DNA of 57,927 nt, filler included, from Jimgerdemannia flammicorona (taxonomy: Eukaryota): NCBI GenBank assembly GCA_003990765.1. It is 2 parts of 2 records of this genome, joined end to end, with 100 filler letters (N's around TTAATTAATTAA, not from the genome) between each part and the next. Parts side by side here need not be neighbours in the genome. Positions count along the whole stretch, not along the records: positions 1 to 28,914 come from RBNJ01000534.1; 1 more part is not named here. The stretch is one strand, 5' to 3'. Shown piece after piece: positions 14,110 to 26,639 of the stretch. The first letter of the stretch is position 1. Each line of letters begins with the position of its first letter. Under the pieces are notes generated by a model. The model saw only the letters and a program-made list of their open reading frames with translations. It was not told the origin of the DNA and searched no databases. The translations under genes and the position numbers were made by a program.

Positions 14110-14264
14110 TGTTAAAATATCTTAGTTATAGTAACTTAATATATAATAGTGCAGTCTGACTATATTATTATGTAAATATTATCAATATATATAAAAGTAT
14201 ATAAGTTAGTATCAATAAACAACACCCTTCTTCCTCTCTCTACTCTTCCAAGTATTCTACAACA
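14110..14264 (+). repeat. Copia 5' LTR
   Basis: TGTTAAAATATC...CTACAACA; homologous to 18946-19098. Confidence 0.9.
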
Positions 14265-17200
14265 AAAGGTTATAAACCTCACTAGTGAAAGTGGATAATA
14301 AATATATCTCTAATATATATACTATATTATGCTATAATATATCAGTCAATACTAGTAATATAAGTAGTATATCAAGTCTAAGTAGTATAAGTAGAATAGG
14401 ACTCAGAATGGGTACTGGTACTGATAGCATAAGTATACTCAATATAATGATCATGACTATAACTATTCCTGTATTAGTGCTGATGATAATAAAGAGAATA
14501 ATTTCTATCTTTGATGGTAAAGATTATACTATATGAGCATACTATATGAAGAACCTCTTGGAAGAATATAGTTTAGAGGACTACTGAAAGCCACAGATAT
14601 AAGTAATGATATATAAAACTGTAAAGAATTATAGAGCACTAAGAGAGATTATATTCACTCTTTTAAACATACAAATAAAACTTGTTATCAATACTACAAT
14701 AGTAAATGAAGTCTGAGAGATCTTATATAATCACCACTAGTAGGTATCTATATCAAACAGATTTTATCTGAAAGTGTAACTATTTAATCTCTGAATAAAG
14801 TTCAAGAAGAGTATCTGAGATTATGCCAACTATGTTAATAATCTGATGAATCAAGTGAATTCTCTTTCTATACCAGCAGACCTAATCAAGAATAAAGACA
14901 AGGTTCTGGCTCTTATACATAACCTTTCCAAGGAATATAATATAGTTATCACTACTATGAGAGTATCTGGCAAACTATTGAACTACAAGTATATTATCAT
15001 AAGTCTTTTAAATAAGGAATCAAGACTAGGTAATAATGACAATGATGATAGTAATGAAAAAGCCTTCTATAGAATATATGGACAAGACAAAGATAAGCTG
15101 AGCAAAGAATGAGACCAAGGCCAGCAATAAAAAAATTTTATAGTAATACTTCTACTATAATATATAAGTATAAATACTATAAGCAAGATTACAACTATAA
15201 GAAAAAGAAAAAGAGTGGTCAAGGTGAGTAATATAAGCAATAATAGGTAAATATTATAGATATCAATAATAACAATGAAAGTAGCAGAAGCAGTGATCTA
15301 TCCACATACAGAAGGAGTTATAAAAATGAAAAATATTAATATAGGTATCAGTACAAATATAAGCTATATGCTGAGTACTTATATATATATATAGTAAATA
15401 AGTCTAGCTTATAGATTCTGATACAATACAGTATATAATAGCTCACTATGAGTAGTTTTCTATATATGAGAAGTTTGAGCATTCTGTATCTATCAAACTA
15501 GGTAATAGTAATGTTATTTATACTCAAAGTAAGAGAAATGTTAGTATACATCTATATAGAAAAGTCAACAAACTCTCAGGCACCTTTGTGGATATACTAT
15601 ATACTCTAGATATCAGTAAGAATCTCTTCTTAATAGGTCAGATGATAGCTTGAGAAGATAAAGGAGTAAATATATAACTGAATAGTATAATAATAATTAA
15701 ACCAAAGAATAATAAGAAGTTAATATATATATTGAAAAAGGAAAACCTGTATATGTATAATTAATAGTATACTAAGTGGTACATTATCTATATATTCTGC
15801 TATAACTAAAGAGAATCTCTAGTATATATAGTACAAATTCTTAGAACATATCAGTAAGACAAGCTTGAAATAGATAATAAAGAGTAAATACATATATAGA
15901 TTACTGAACAATATATTACCAGACTTCAGCATTGTGATGAATATATAATAAATAAGACTTTCTAACAACCTTTTCAGAAATTAACAAAGTAAGTAACTGA
16001 TATTTTCAATATAATATATATAGATATCTGTAGTCCTATATAAATAGTAATATATTCTGAAAAGAAGTATTTTATTACTTTTATTGATGATTATACTCAT
16101 AAAGCCTATATATACTTCTTTATAGTAAAGAATAAGACATTTGAAAAATTTTAAGAATTTAAGACAATTATAGAATGAAATAAGATATAAGATACAGACT
16201 CTATACTTAGTTAATGATAAGGAATATATCAACAAAGTCTTCAGATATTTCTTAAAGAAATATGATATTTAATATTCTATAATAGCTTTCTATACATCTG
16301 AGCAGAATAGTGTAACAAAGTACTTCAATCAAATGATAGTAGAGATGGCTCAAATGATGATGAATAAAGCCAGCTTACTATACTCCATCTGGGCTAAAGT
16401 AGTGAATATAGTGGCATATACTCAAAATCATTATATTTCTTAAGCTCTAAGTAAAGACTCTAATAGATCTGGCAGATCCAATAATAATCAATGATCTAGG
16501 AATAATAGTAATCTTATTTCTGAAAAATTATAGAGTAGATCTAAGCCAGATATTTCACACTTATAGATATTTGGAAGTAAGGCTTATATCTTAGATAAGA
16601 GTAATAATAGAGATAAATTCAAGCCTAAGATAGATAAGTATATATTCCTTAGATACATATAATAAAGTAGTATATAGATTGTAGAGTCTGCAGAAATATC
16701 ATATCAATATTTTACATGACATTCAATTCAAGAAAACTAACAATCTGACAGTATAGCCAGCAACAACTATACCAACTTCAAAAGTGAGTAAAATGATACC
16801 TATATTAGTATTAGTGTAATCCATACTCATGCTAACAAGACTATCAGAGCCAAGAATTATAGAAATTATAGATGAGAATAATGATGAGGATATCTCTCTA
16901 AAAGGTAAGAAAAAATACAAATCTAGATTACATAATAAGATAAAAGTAAATTTAGAAGATTATTGAAATCAGTCTAAGAAATCTCATTATAACAATAAAT
17001 ATCATATAAACTATACTTACAAGTATACTTATATTGTAATAACTAGTGAACTAGTAAACTACAACAAAGCCATATATTCAAAAGATAAGAAATAATGAAA
17101 AAAGGTTATAAATGAGAAATATAATTCACTTATCAAGAATGATATCTGGAATTTAGTCTCTCTTTTAGTGAATTGATAAGCAATAGAATCCTGATAAGTA

Positions 17201-18945
17201 TATAAAATTAAGTATAATAGTAATGGCAATGTAGAGTGGTATAAGGTCTGGTTTGTAGTAAAGAAGTATTCACAATAATATGGCATAGACTATAATGAGA
17301 CCTTTTTCCCAGTATTTAAGCTTATTTTACTTAGAATACTTCTTGCAATTAGAGCCAAATATAACTATGAAATCTACCAAATAGATATTAAGATAGCCTT
17401 CTTGAATAGTGATATAGATGTAAAGCTATATGTCTGTCAACTATAAGGATATGAACTATATAATAATGAGCAAAAGGAGTTCATATGTAAGTTATATAAA
17501 GGTCTTTATAGTATCAAATAAGTAGTAAGGCTGTGAAACTGAAAAATTGATAAATATCTCTTAAGTAATAGATTTAAGTATTGCAAGGCCAATCTATATA
17601 TATATCTGATATATATCCTCAGAAATAGTATATTTAAGAATTTGGATCAATAATATGTATTATTCTAGTTGGAATAGTAAGTGAGATTAATGATATAAAG
17701 GTAATACTACACTAGGAGTTCAAGATGATAGATATGGATAATACATTCTATCTTCTTGAAATATTGATCATATATGATAGATATAAGTATGCTATATATC
17801 TATCACAAGCTATATATATTTAAACTATACTTGAACAATTTGATATGAGTAAATGTAAACCTATTGGAATACCTATGGAGATATCTGTGAGGCTAAAGAA
17901 GTCCAATACTATGCCTAAAGACAATAATATTCTCTATCAATAAGTTATAGGATCTCTCATATATCTTATACTTGAGACAAGATCTAATATATTATATATA
18001 GTCAATAAAGTAGTATAGTACTCATCCTGCTATAATAATTTACATTAAATAGTAATCAAGTATATCTTTAGATATATCAAAGGTATAGTATACTATATGC
18101 TATATTTAAGCAATGATAATAGATCAAGCAGGAGTACTATAAGATTATCTAGTATATGTAATGTAGACTGGACTGGAGATCTCAATAATCAGTACTCTAT
18201 AACTGGATGTCTCTTTAAAATTAGTAAAAAAGGAGAAATTTTATAGCAAATATATAAACAACCTTTAGTGATGATGTCATCTATGTAAGCAGAGTATTAA
18301 GTATTATCTACAGTAACAAAGGAAGCTATATAGCTTTAGAAATTGCTATAGAAGTTAAGATATAATCAATAGTACTCTATGTTACTCTAATAAGATAATT
18401 AGTCTATAATTACTATAGCAAAAAACTCTATACATTATATTAGAATAAAGCATATTGATATACAGCATTATTTTATATGAGAATATATAAAAAACAGTAC
18501 TACATATATATCTAAAATATACTTCAATAGAGTATATAATGACAGATTCATTAACTAAAGCTCTTCTAAAGGCAATGTTTGACTTATACATATAAGAAAT
18601 GAGACTTACAATAAGTAACTCTATACTAATAAAAACTATACACTAATAATCAACATTTAAGTATTTCAATAGAGATCATAGGACTTTTCAGGCTTCTAAA
18701 AGCCTTCTACTATATCTTATATATATCTCTATATTTCTATATATCTTACATATATTTCTCTAACATTATTTCTTTCTGAATCTATATTACTAGTCTTTTA
18801 CTATATTCTTGATCTATTTTCATACTTATAAGTAGAAAATTTTGACCTTTTCTGATTATCTAGATAGTATCCAGTTAGTTATATTTAGTTAGTCTTTTAT
18901 TTGTATATTTCTGCATATTCTGAAATATATCTTGTTGAGCAGGAG

Positions 18946-19098
18946 TATTAAAATATCTTAGTTATAGCAACTTGATATATAGTGATATAGCCTGACTATA
19001 TCATTATGTAAATATTATCAATATATATATAAACATATAAGTTAGTATTAATAAACAATACTCTTCTTCCTTTTTTTGCTCTCAAGTATTTCACAACA
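18946..19098 (+). repeat. Copia 3' LTR
   Basis: TATTAAAATATC (TG>TA)...TCACAACA, following PPT gagcaggag. Confidence 0.9.
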
Positions 19099-19160
19099 AC
19101 AATAGAGGAACTAGTATCTATTTAAGAAGTATAGATAGATATACTCTGAGGACCTCAGTC

Positions 19161-19162
<2 letters not shown>

Positions 19163-19191
<29 letters not shown>

Positions 19192-22100
19192 CTTATCCTT
19201 TTCTTTTTTTTTTTTTTATAGTTACTTAGACTGTACCTTTATTATCTCTCACATCTATAATATAATATTATATTATATCTCCCCTAACCTATCTCACATG
19301 GGACCCTCTCACCCCCATCCTTTATCTAGGACATTTTTCTATTAGATACCTCAATCCTCTCTCTACTCTTCACTATAATCCTCCTCACCAGTTCCTTCTG
19401 GCTCCCCCCCTTGGGCCCCCACCTGACCCACTACCCATTCAGAAGCTCTAACATTAACCACTCCCATCTTGCCTCCCTCATTCCAACTGCCAACCCAGGG
19501 CCCTTCTCAAAAACACTCCACCAGTATTCTGTAAGTCCAACCTACATAGCTATCACTTATCTGACTGTTAGTTACTCATTATCCACACCACCTACCAACT
19601 GCATCTGCAGGACTTCCCACTGCCCACCTCCCTCTGGAACAGGAGCAGTCACCCCCAACCTTCATCCAATCCTTCTCCAGAAAATCTCCAAGCTCTTACA
19701 CTTCTCTTGTCAGTATTCTGGAGTCTGTACCACTCTACTCTCCTATCTAACATTATAGCATTCCTTATAATCAAAGGTCCTCTCCTTCTATCAAGTGCCC
19801 TGACTAGAAGTTCAGTATCACATTCTATCTCAGAAACCTCCACTACACCACCCAGAACTTGGGTGAGAGCTACCTTACTACTATCTTATTCTAAGACCAA
19901 ATACTGGACTAGTTCTAATCTTCACTAATATTGACTACCTGCCAGGTCTCTGGCCACAGATCCCTCTCCTATCCTTCAAGGTACTCTATTCCATCCTCAA
20001 GACTAAAGTCCTCTACCTGACTACCCCCCAACAGAAGGTGGTCCTACCTCTACATCTGAGGCACTCAGTCCTCTTCTCCCTCCTCACTCCTCTATCAGAT
20101 ACCAATACAGTGGGTACCATTGACTACACCCCATCAAAAACCTTTATAGTACATCTTTTGACTCTTCTCCAGTATTTTCAAAGAGAGTAAGTCACCAGAA
20201 CCTCCTCTGGGTGATACTTGTATCTTCCAAATATATTACATTAGGGGTACTCATTCTCCTCCTTTAGCTCACTAGCTCATTTCAATCATCATGTCCACAA
20301 GCAGTGTAGACATTTGGTAAAGTCTACTAGGCCAAGCCCTCTACAGCCCACAGACACTATCAGCATCTCTTATCTAATTTGGCTATACCTCTCAGCCAAG
20401 AGCCATGAGTAGGCCATCTTCAAAAACCTCTTAACCACCCATTTTGGAAAGTCAAGATAGTACTCTAGATACCATAGCTTCAGTATCTAGTATATATTCA
20501 GCAACATTACTCTTCTCACCAGTGAAATGTATCTACTATCTCAGCCTACTAACACCTTGCTCCATTCTATTAGCTTATATTCTCACTACCCCTTGAGTAG
20601 CAAGGAGCTATATACTGAGAAGTAGATTTCTAGGTACTGGACCACCTCTTCAGCAGAGACAATTATTCCAATGACATCTCCCCCTACCACCCCTTCACTA
20701 AGTACTATTATCTCACACTTGTACCAGTTGAGCTTTGTCCCAGAGCACCTCTCATACCATTCTACTGCCCCCTTCAGTTTGGCTATATCCTCTATCAATC
20801 CCAATCCAACCACCATATATCAGCAAAGGCCCCCCATCTTCTAATTTACCCTAAGAATATTCAAACCTCCTACTCTGTACCTAATCCTATCCAGTAATAG
20901 TTCCAAAGTGAAGGCATATAGAATAGGGGAAAGTGGGTCCCCCTGTGGCACTTCTCTTTTCAGAGAAAAGGAGATTCCCCTGTGGCCATTTGCCAAAATA
21001 GCTATCTGGCTTCCCTCCAGCTGACTGATAATAGAGTATTGAATGCCTAGGGAATACCAATGTACTGCAGTACTATACCAAGCCAAACCCTCTGGATCCT
21101 GTCATAGGTCTTCTCCTGATCCAAGAACACTAGGTGGCCATCCACTCCTGTAGCCCTTGTCTCTTCAATAATGCCATAGACCTAGACAGTGCCATCTCTA
21201 ATAAGGTGACCCTCCACAAAATCCCTCTGCTCCTTCCCTAACACCTATTGAGCCACTTTCTACAACCTGGCTACCAGAATCTTTATCACCATCTTATGGT
21301 CCATATCAAGAAGTATAATCAGCCTCCAGTTTTTCCAATCCTCTCTCCTCTCTTTATCTTTATATAACAGAGTCACCAGCCCCAACTGCTGTCCCCCAAT
21401 CTATGCCCCAGAACTAATAATCTCATCACACATCTGTACTATCTTCTCCAGCACCTCCTTGACCAATACTATCTTCTTCCAAAAATCTCATAGCAATCTA
21501 TCCTCTCTGAGAGTAGTTCTCAGACTCATTGAAGCTAAGACTTGGAGGATTTCCTCCCACTATACTGGTACTCCAAGTTCCCCCAGATCCAAAGCTAGAG
21601 CTGAGTGCCACTCTTTCAGATATCTCTCAATATCCAGCACCTCCTCCCCTCTCTCCTTCTCACTCCAAAGTCTGCCCCAATGGTCACTTAGCTATTTTAG
21701 TATATCCTGCACCCTCACTACTATCTCATCATCCTTATCCAATACTCTCTCTCACCTGTACCTTGCTTTCCTTATTCTGAGGAGTCTTAACAGAAACTTA
21801 GTAGGTTGCTCTCCTTTCTCCAGTTCCTGCCATCTCAGTCTAGCTGCCAATGCTCTTATCTGCACATTCTTCTCTCTTCTCAGTAAGTTCCACCTCCAGC
21901 TTAGCCTGCCAAACCCTCCAGTCCATCACCTCATCCTCCTCCAACAGCTCTGCCCATCATACCAGTAATCTTTCTAACTGCTGAAATGTCCACCAGATAC
22001 TCCTCTGTCTCTGAGAACCCTGTATCTTCCCTGTCTCACTCCAGAAACACTGAGCCTCAGACTTAAGTCTATACTATCAGTCTCCAATACTCAGGCCTGC

Positions 22101-24940
22101 CTCTCTCCACTTTACAATCTGGAACTGGATTCTTCTCTCCCAGAAATCCCACAGAGCAGTCTTGTCCAACAGAGAGAAGTTCAGGCACCAATATCCAGAC
22201 TCCTCTCCACTTCCTCCAAATCTCTCTCTTTTATAAACACCCTAATAATCTGACCAGGGGTACTATTCTACCTCCATTCTTTCCCAGACCATCTCCCCCC
22301 AGCACTCAGCAGTCAAAACCCAGTCAATCCTAGAGCCCAGTCCTCCTGCCCAATGTATATATATCTAATACTCACTACTCTATAGTCTCATAGCATCTAT
22401 TAGAGCACTAAGTCTCTCAATCTCCTCTTAGTCCTCCATTCCTCCACTTCTCTCCAACATCCCCCTTCCTCCATCTATCCTGTCCAGTCTGTAAATCCTG
22501 GATTATATTAAAGTCCCCACTCAGACAGTCTACCTTAGCTCCCACCAGAGCACCCAAGTCCTGTAATCTCTGTATTCATTCCACTCTGGCCCTCCTCTCT
22601 ACTGGATAGTATCAAGAGTTTACCACTATATTGCCCCAGCCCAGTCTCTTCCATAACCCTTACACCAATCTACTCTCTCAATGTTCAATGTCTCCAATAT
22701 TCCCCTTTCCCTTTCTGATCAATATTTTCATCTTTCCCTACCATATCACTGTCCTCCTCTACTCTCTTGTCCATTCCAATCTATTAACCTCAACCTCACA
22801 CCTTATATTCTAAAGTAGAAATACATCTGCATCCAGTTTCCTCAGCTAGCCAAAGATATTGCAACATCTCCCCACCCCTCAAAGTCCATTTACATTTATA
22901 GAGAATATATTGGTTATACTGTTCATAGTGAATAATGTTATGGAGGTATGAACCCACTCTATAATTTCATACTCACATTCTCTTCTACCATATCTAAGTT
23001 CTGCTCAGCCTCAATCTCTGTCTCCAATTCCTGCTGCTCATTTAGAGCTGCCAACAACTCCATACAGTCCTCTCCATCCACTATTTCTATAGATATATGT
23101 TACTTCTCACACACCACCTGCCACTTTGCCAGCCCATTCTTCAGCCCCCATAGATACACTACTCTATTATTTATAATACTCAAAAGAGTGCCTCTTGGGC
23201 CACATCCACCACATACTCCTCCTCCTCTAACAGTGCTGCCATCATCTCATCTCTCAGCTTCCTCACCCCCCCCCTCACCCTACAGTACCTCTCCCCAGAA
23301 GACCTCACTGATCACTTGAAAGTTTATCTTGCCCAACTCCTCCACTGCCACATTTATCATTATCTTCTACAGCTACTTCTCTCTACCAACTATGTATCTC
23401 CTCTCCCCAGGCTGACTCCTGCCCTCCAGCTCCCCTGTCCTCTCCCTCCTCAGCCCTCCCAGATTCATCTCATCTATCCTCTGACACATCCTATAACTCC
23501 TCTTCCCCAACTCCAGACCCCCTATACCTAATCAAAGCATTCTCTACCATCTCTATATCTGCTGTCACCTCCTCCAACTTCTGACCCTTGGCACTCTCCT
23601 GGTCTTCCCCTTGCTGCCCTGTCTCAGCCTATATACTAGCTCTCACACTCACTCTGCCAATTACCTTGGCTCTCTTCTGGACCCCTCCCAGACTTACCAA
23701 TAACTCTTTCTACATCTTTCTCTCCTGTGTCTTCTCCCAGAGAGCCTGACCCATCCACACCTTCTTACCATTAATAACCTCAACCACTGTTCTAGTCTTA
23801 TACTTCTTCCAAGCTATCTGCCTCCTCTTGACTACTCCCACTATATTCTTCAGTACCTCCAGCAAGTCCTCCTCCTCCTTTAGCATCCCTATCACTCTTG
23901 ATACCTTGCATTCCACAGATTTCTACCTCAGTACTACTAGCCAGTCCCTCTCTTTCTCAGTATTCTCTCTCTCTGCCAGCCTTACCCTGATATCCATATC
24001 TTCAGTCCTAAGCTCTGTCCCCTCTCAGACTTGAAATCTAACATCCACAATCTTGCTAAACTCCTTGACTACATCCTCCACCAATTGCCTAGTTTTCTCC
24101 TTCTTGATAGTTAGCAGGTCAGCCACTACCAGCTGTACCACCCTGAGGTCCCAGTATATATATCTCACTATTAGAACTACTACTCTCTTGATTCTTAGCC
24201 CCTTCTCAAAAGCCCCTAATAATAACTCCTCCTTCTCAAATCTCACCTCCACTGACTCAAGCTTTTTCAAAAACTTCACTGAGGCTATACCTTTCACTTT
24301 CTTTACCAAGAGCCTTAGCACTATCTTCACCATCACTATCAAGCCCCAGAAGTATATTATGACTATAAATTCAGATCTTGACTTCTTGAGTAATAGTACT
24401 ACTATCAATTCTATCACACTATTAGCAAGATTACTGGGTCTTGTGCCCTTCCCACAACTCAGTCTACCATCAGCAGTCCTATCTAGATTTTTTCCAGATT
24501 ACCTATCACACTCTTATCAGCAGTTACTTCTTCAGTTACTATACTACCAGCCCCACTACTCTGGCCCCCTAGAGGGGCTCTCCCCCTCTCTCCTGTAGCT
24601 ACCTTTTCCTTTCCCAGCTTTAGTTATCCATTCAGTCCTATCACCCAAGCTCCCATTTTGATCTTGTCTGCAAAGATCACTCAGCCAATCCCCTGCTGTC
24701 TCACTCCACCTCTTCCACCCCTGCCAGCCCCCCAGCCCCTCAGAGCAGTACTTGGAATCCCCAAACCTACACCTTGACCTCTTCTCACATACTGCTAGTC
24801 AAAGGCACTAGGGTTACCCTGCCTTATATACTCTCCAGATTGCTTATTGCTTACTATATTATTATTATCTTTTTACTGAAAACATTGTTTGAAGTATTGT
24901 CTGAGATTTATATAACCTGAATATTACTAGAGAAAGAGTT
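19163..24940 (-). mobile_element. LINE-A: full-length L1/Tx1-like LINE (ORF1 ~24560-22950, ORF2 EN-RT ~22925-19300), degenerate
   Basis: Poly(T) at 19163; degenerate TSD acctcagtcta / acttcggtcta (19152-19162, 24941-24951); APE motif NIFSINVNGL; RT motifs VFLDQEK, VPQGDPLSPILY, GAFAD, QYLEIYF. Confidence 0.9.
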
Positions 24941-24950
24941 ACTTCGGTCT

Positions 24951-25499
24951 ATATCAATTATCTCAAGATATACTTACTACCTATACAATGAACCAGAAGA
25001 TTGATCAGTACCTTCAGACTCTTGTTCTCAGTTCTTTTTAAGTCCTATCAATTCTCTTATCTCAGTTCTGAGAAATCAATAAAACCTATCTTCAATAGAT
25101 TAGATATACCAAGGAAATCTTATCTTAACAGAATATCTACTACAGATCTATCAACTATAGGTCTACTATGTAATTAATCAACTACTATAAAACCTTCTAG
25201 TCTCAGAACAGATATATATCTATAATACCACTGGTCTGTCTCAAAGGAATATTATTACTATAGACAGACTCTATACAATCTATAAATAAAATATTACAGT
25301 ACTGATCTAGGCTCAGTTCTCTCTAAATAACTTTTAAAAAATGACTATATCTATCTATCTGAATATTATTAATCATATTGAAGTTCTGTTCTCTGAGAAA
25401 GAAGAAGAGTTACTAGAATGGAGTAATTCAGATACTAAAAAAGATAATAGTACAGATATAAATATTGAAGATATCTATGAATACTATAATAATGACTAA
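24951..25499 (+). pseudogene. Accessory ORF between Gypsy-1 integrase and PPT (unknown function, acidic C-terminus)
   Basis: 183 codons in one frame with no apparent frameshift; stops are compatible with mutated CAA/CAG/CGA; ends ...EKEEELLEWSNSDTKKDNSTDINIEDIYEYYNND*. The N-terminal part is separated by LINE-A. Confidence 0.5.
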
Positions 25500-25539
25500 A
25501 AAATAGTCTGGAGACAGACTATCCTTAAGTAGAGGCTGA

Positions 25540-26639
25540 TGTGATAAGTAAATTATATAGTATAGCTAGATAATATAAATACTCAGCATAGTATTTATAT
25601 ATATCTAGTTACTTATATATATATATTACTACTTATAATTAGCCAAAGATACTAAATCAGATTTGTTGATCTGTGTTCTAAGGATATACCTGTGCTCACT
25701 AAATACATCTGTACTTAGTAGATATATCTGATCACTCTCTTCTCAAAACAGTATTACATACTATATATTTTATAGTTAGTTATATATATAGCAATTAGAT
25801 GGCAATCATAATTATATAAAATAACCCAGAGATAAGAGTAAATAAACCTCAGTTTGAAAAGTTCAAAAGCAAAAATCAATTATCTGATATACTTAAGAGA
25901 AATTCTTGCCAAAAGCCACTTAATCTAAAAAGAATTACAATATTTAAAAGATATATCTGCCAATAAGCTACTACTAAGAAGTTATGAGCTTTGCCCTATT
26001 CTCACTCTAGTCTACTTTCTGATACAAAGCCTGAGTTTACTGCCAAGTTCAAGTGAAGAACTTTACTAATCTGTTGCTTAAAAAAAAGCTACCATTTTCA
26101 AGAAGTCTACTTATATTCTCAATATAAAGTCAGTCTAATATAAGATATATCTTTGCAGTGAATCTATTCATACAAATGAAGCAGTCTTCAATATAACTTT
26201 ATTAGTCAGAGAAGTCCACTGATTCAGGAGAATCTGTTATTCTCAAGTAAACTGCTGATTTAGGAAGAATCCACATCCTCTGAATAGTCTGCCAAATTGT
26301 TAGCTTGCCATCTATTAAGAAATACTATCAAGATCAACAGACTATTATGCAGAAATTGCATACATAAGGAAACCCACTCACAGAAATCATTATGCAGAAA
26401 TTGCATAAGGAAACCACTCACATTACACAAAGATTGTCTGCCATCACCTGTCATACAAATTGCCACTACTCTCAAGAACCTGTCCCAAAAAGGAAATCAA
26501 CCACTTGTACTGCTAAACACCAAGGACATCAGGAATTATAGAACATTTTGTTGCTTTTTGACAAGTAACCGGGGGCTCAAGCCAATCTACATAGCAGCCC
26601 CAACCTTGTAATTTGCCTTTATTGAGCCGGCACGTTACA
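25540..26639 (+). repeat. Gypsy-1 3' LTR (1.1 kb)
   Basis: TG...CA; homologous to the 5' LTR; preceded by hairpin tagtctggagacagacta and purine tract aagtagagg. Confidence 0.9.

Larger units (their letters stand above)
14110..19098 (+). mobile_element. Full-length Ty1/Copia LTR retrotransposon (degenerate) nested in Gypsy-1
   Basis: ~155-bp LTRs; 5-bp TSD ACAAT (14105-14109, 19099-19103); copia-type PBS ggttataaacc (from GGTTATGGGCCC); order gag-PR-IN-RT-RH with IYIDICSP, DYNETF, QIDIKIAFLN, KHIDIQHYFI. Confidence 0.92.
5238..26639 (+). mobile_element. Gypsy-1: Ty3/Gypsy LTR retrotransposon with dUTPase, heavily mutated, host to nested insertions
   Basis: TGTGAC...GTTACA termini; homologous LTRs 5238-6795 and 25540-26639; 4-bp TSD ATAC (5234-5237, 26640-26643); domain order gag-PR-dUTPase-RT-RH-IN; purine tract before 25540. 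Confidence 0.92.

Noticed and set aside
26297..26611. 104-aa Cys-containing ORF in the Gypsy-1 3' LTR
   Set aside because: The LCRNCI repeat arises from a local tandem duplication, the start is non-ATG, and the frame is not supported in the 5' LTR.
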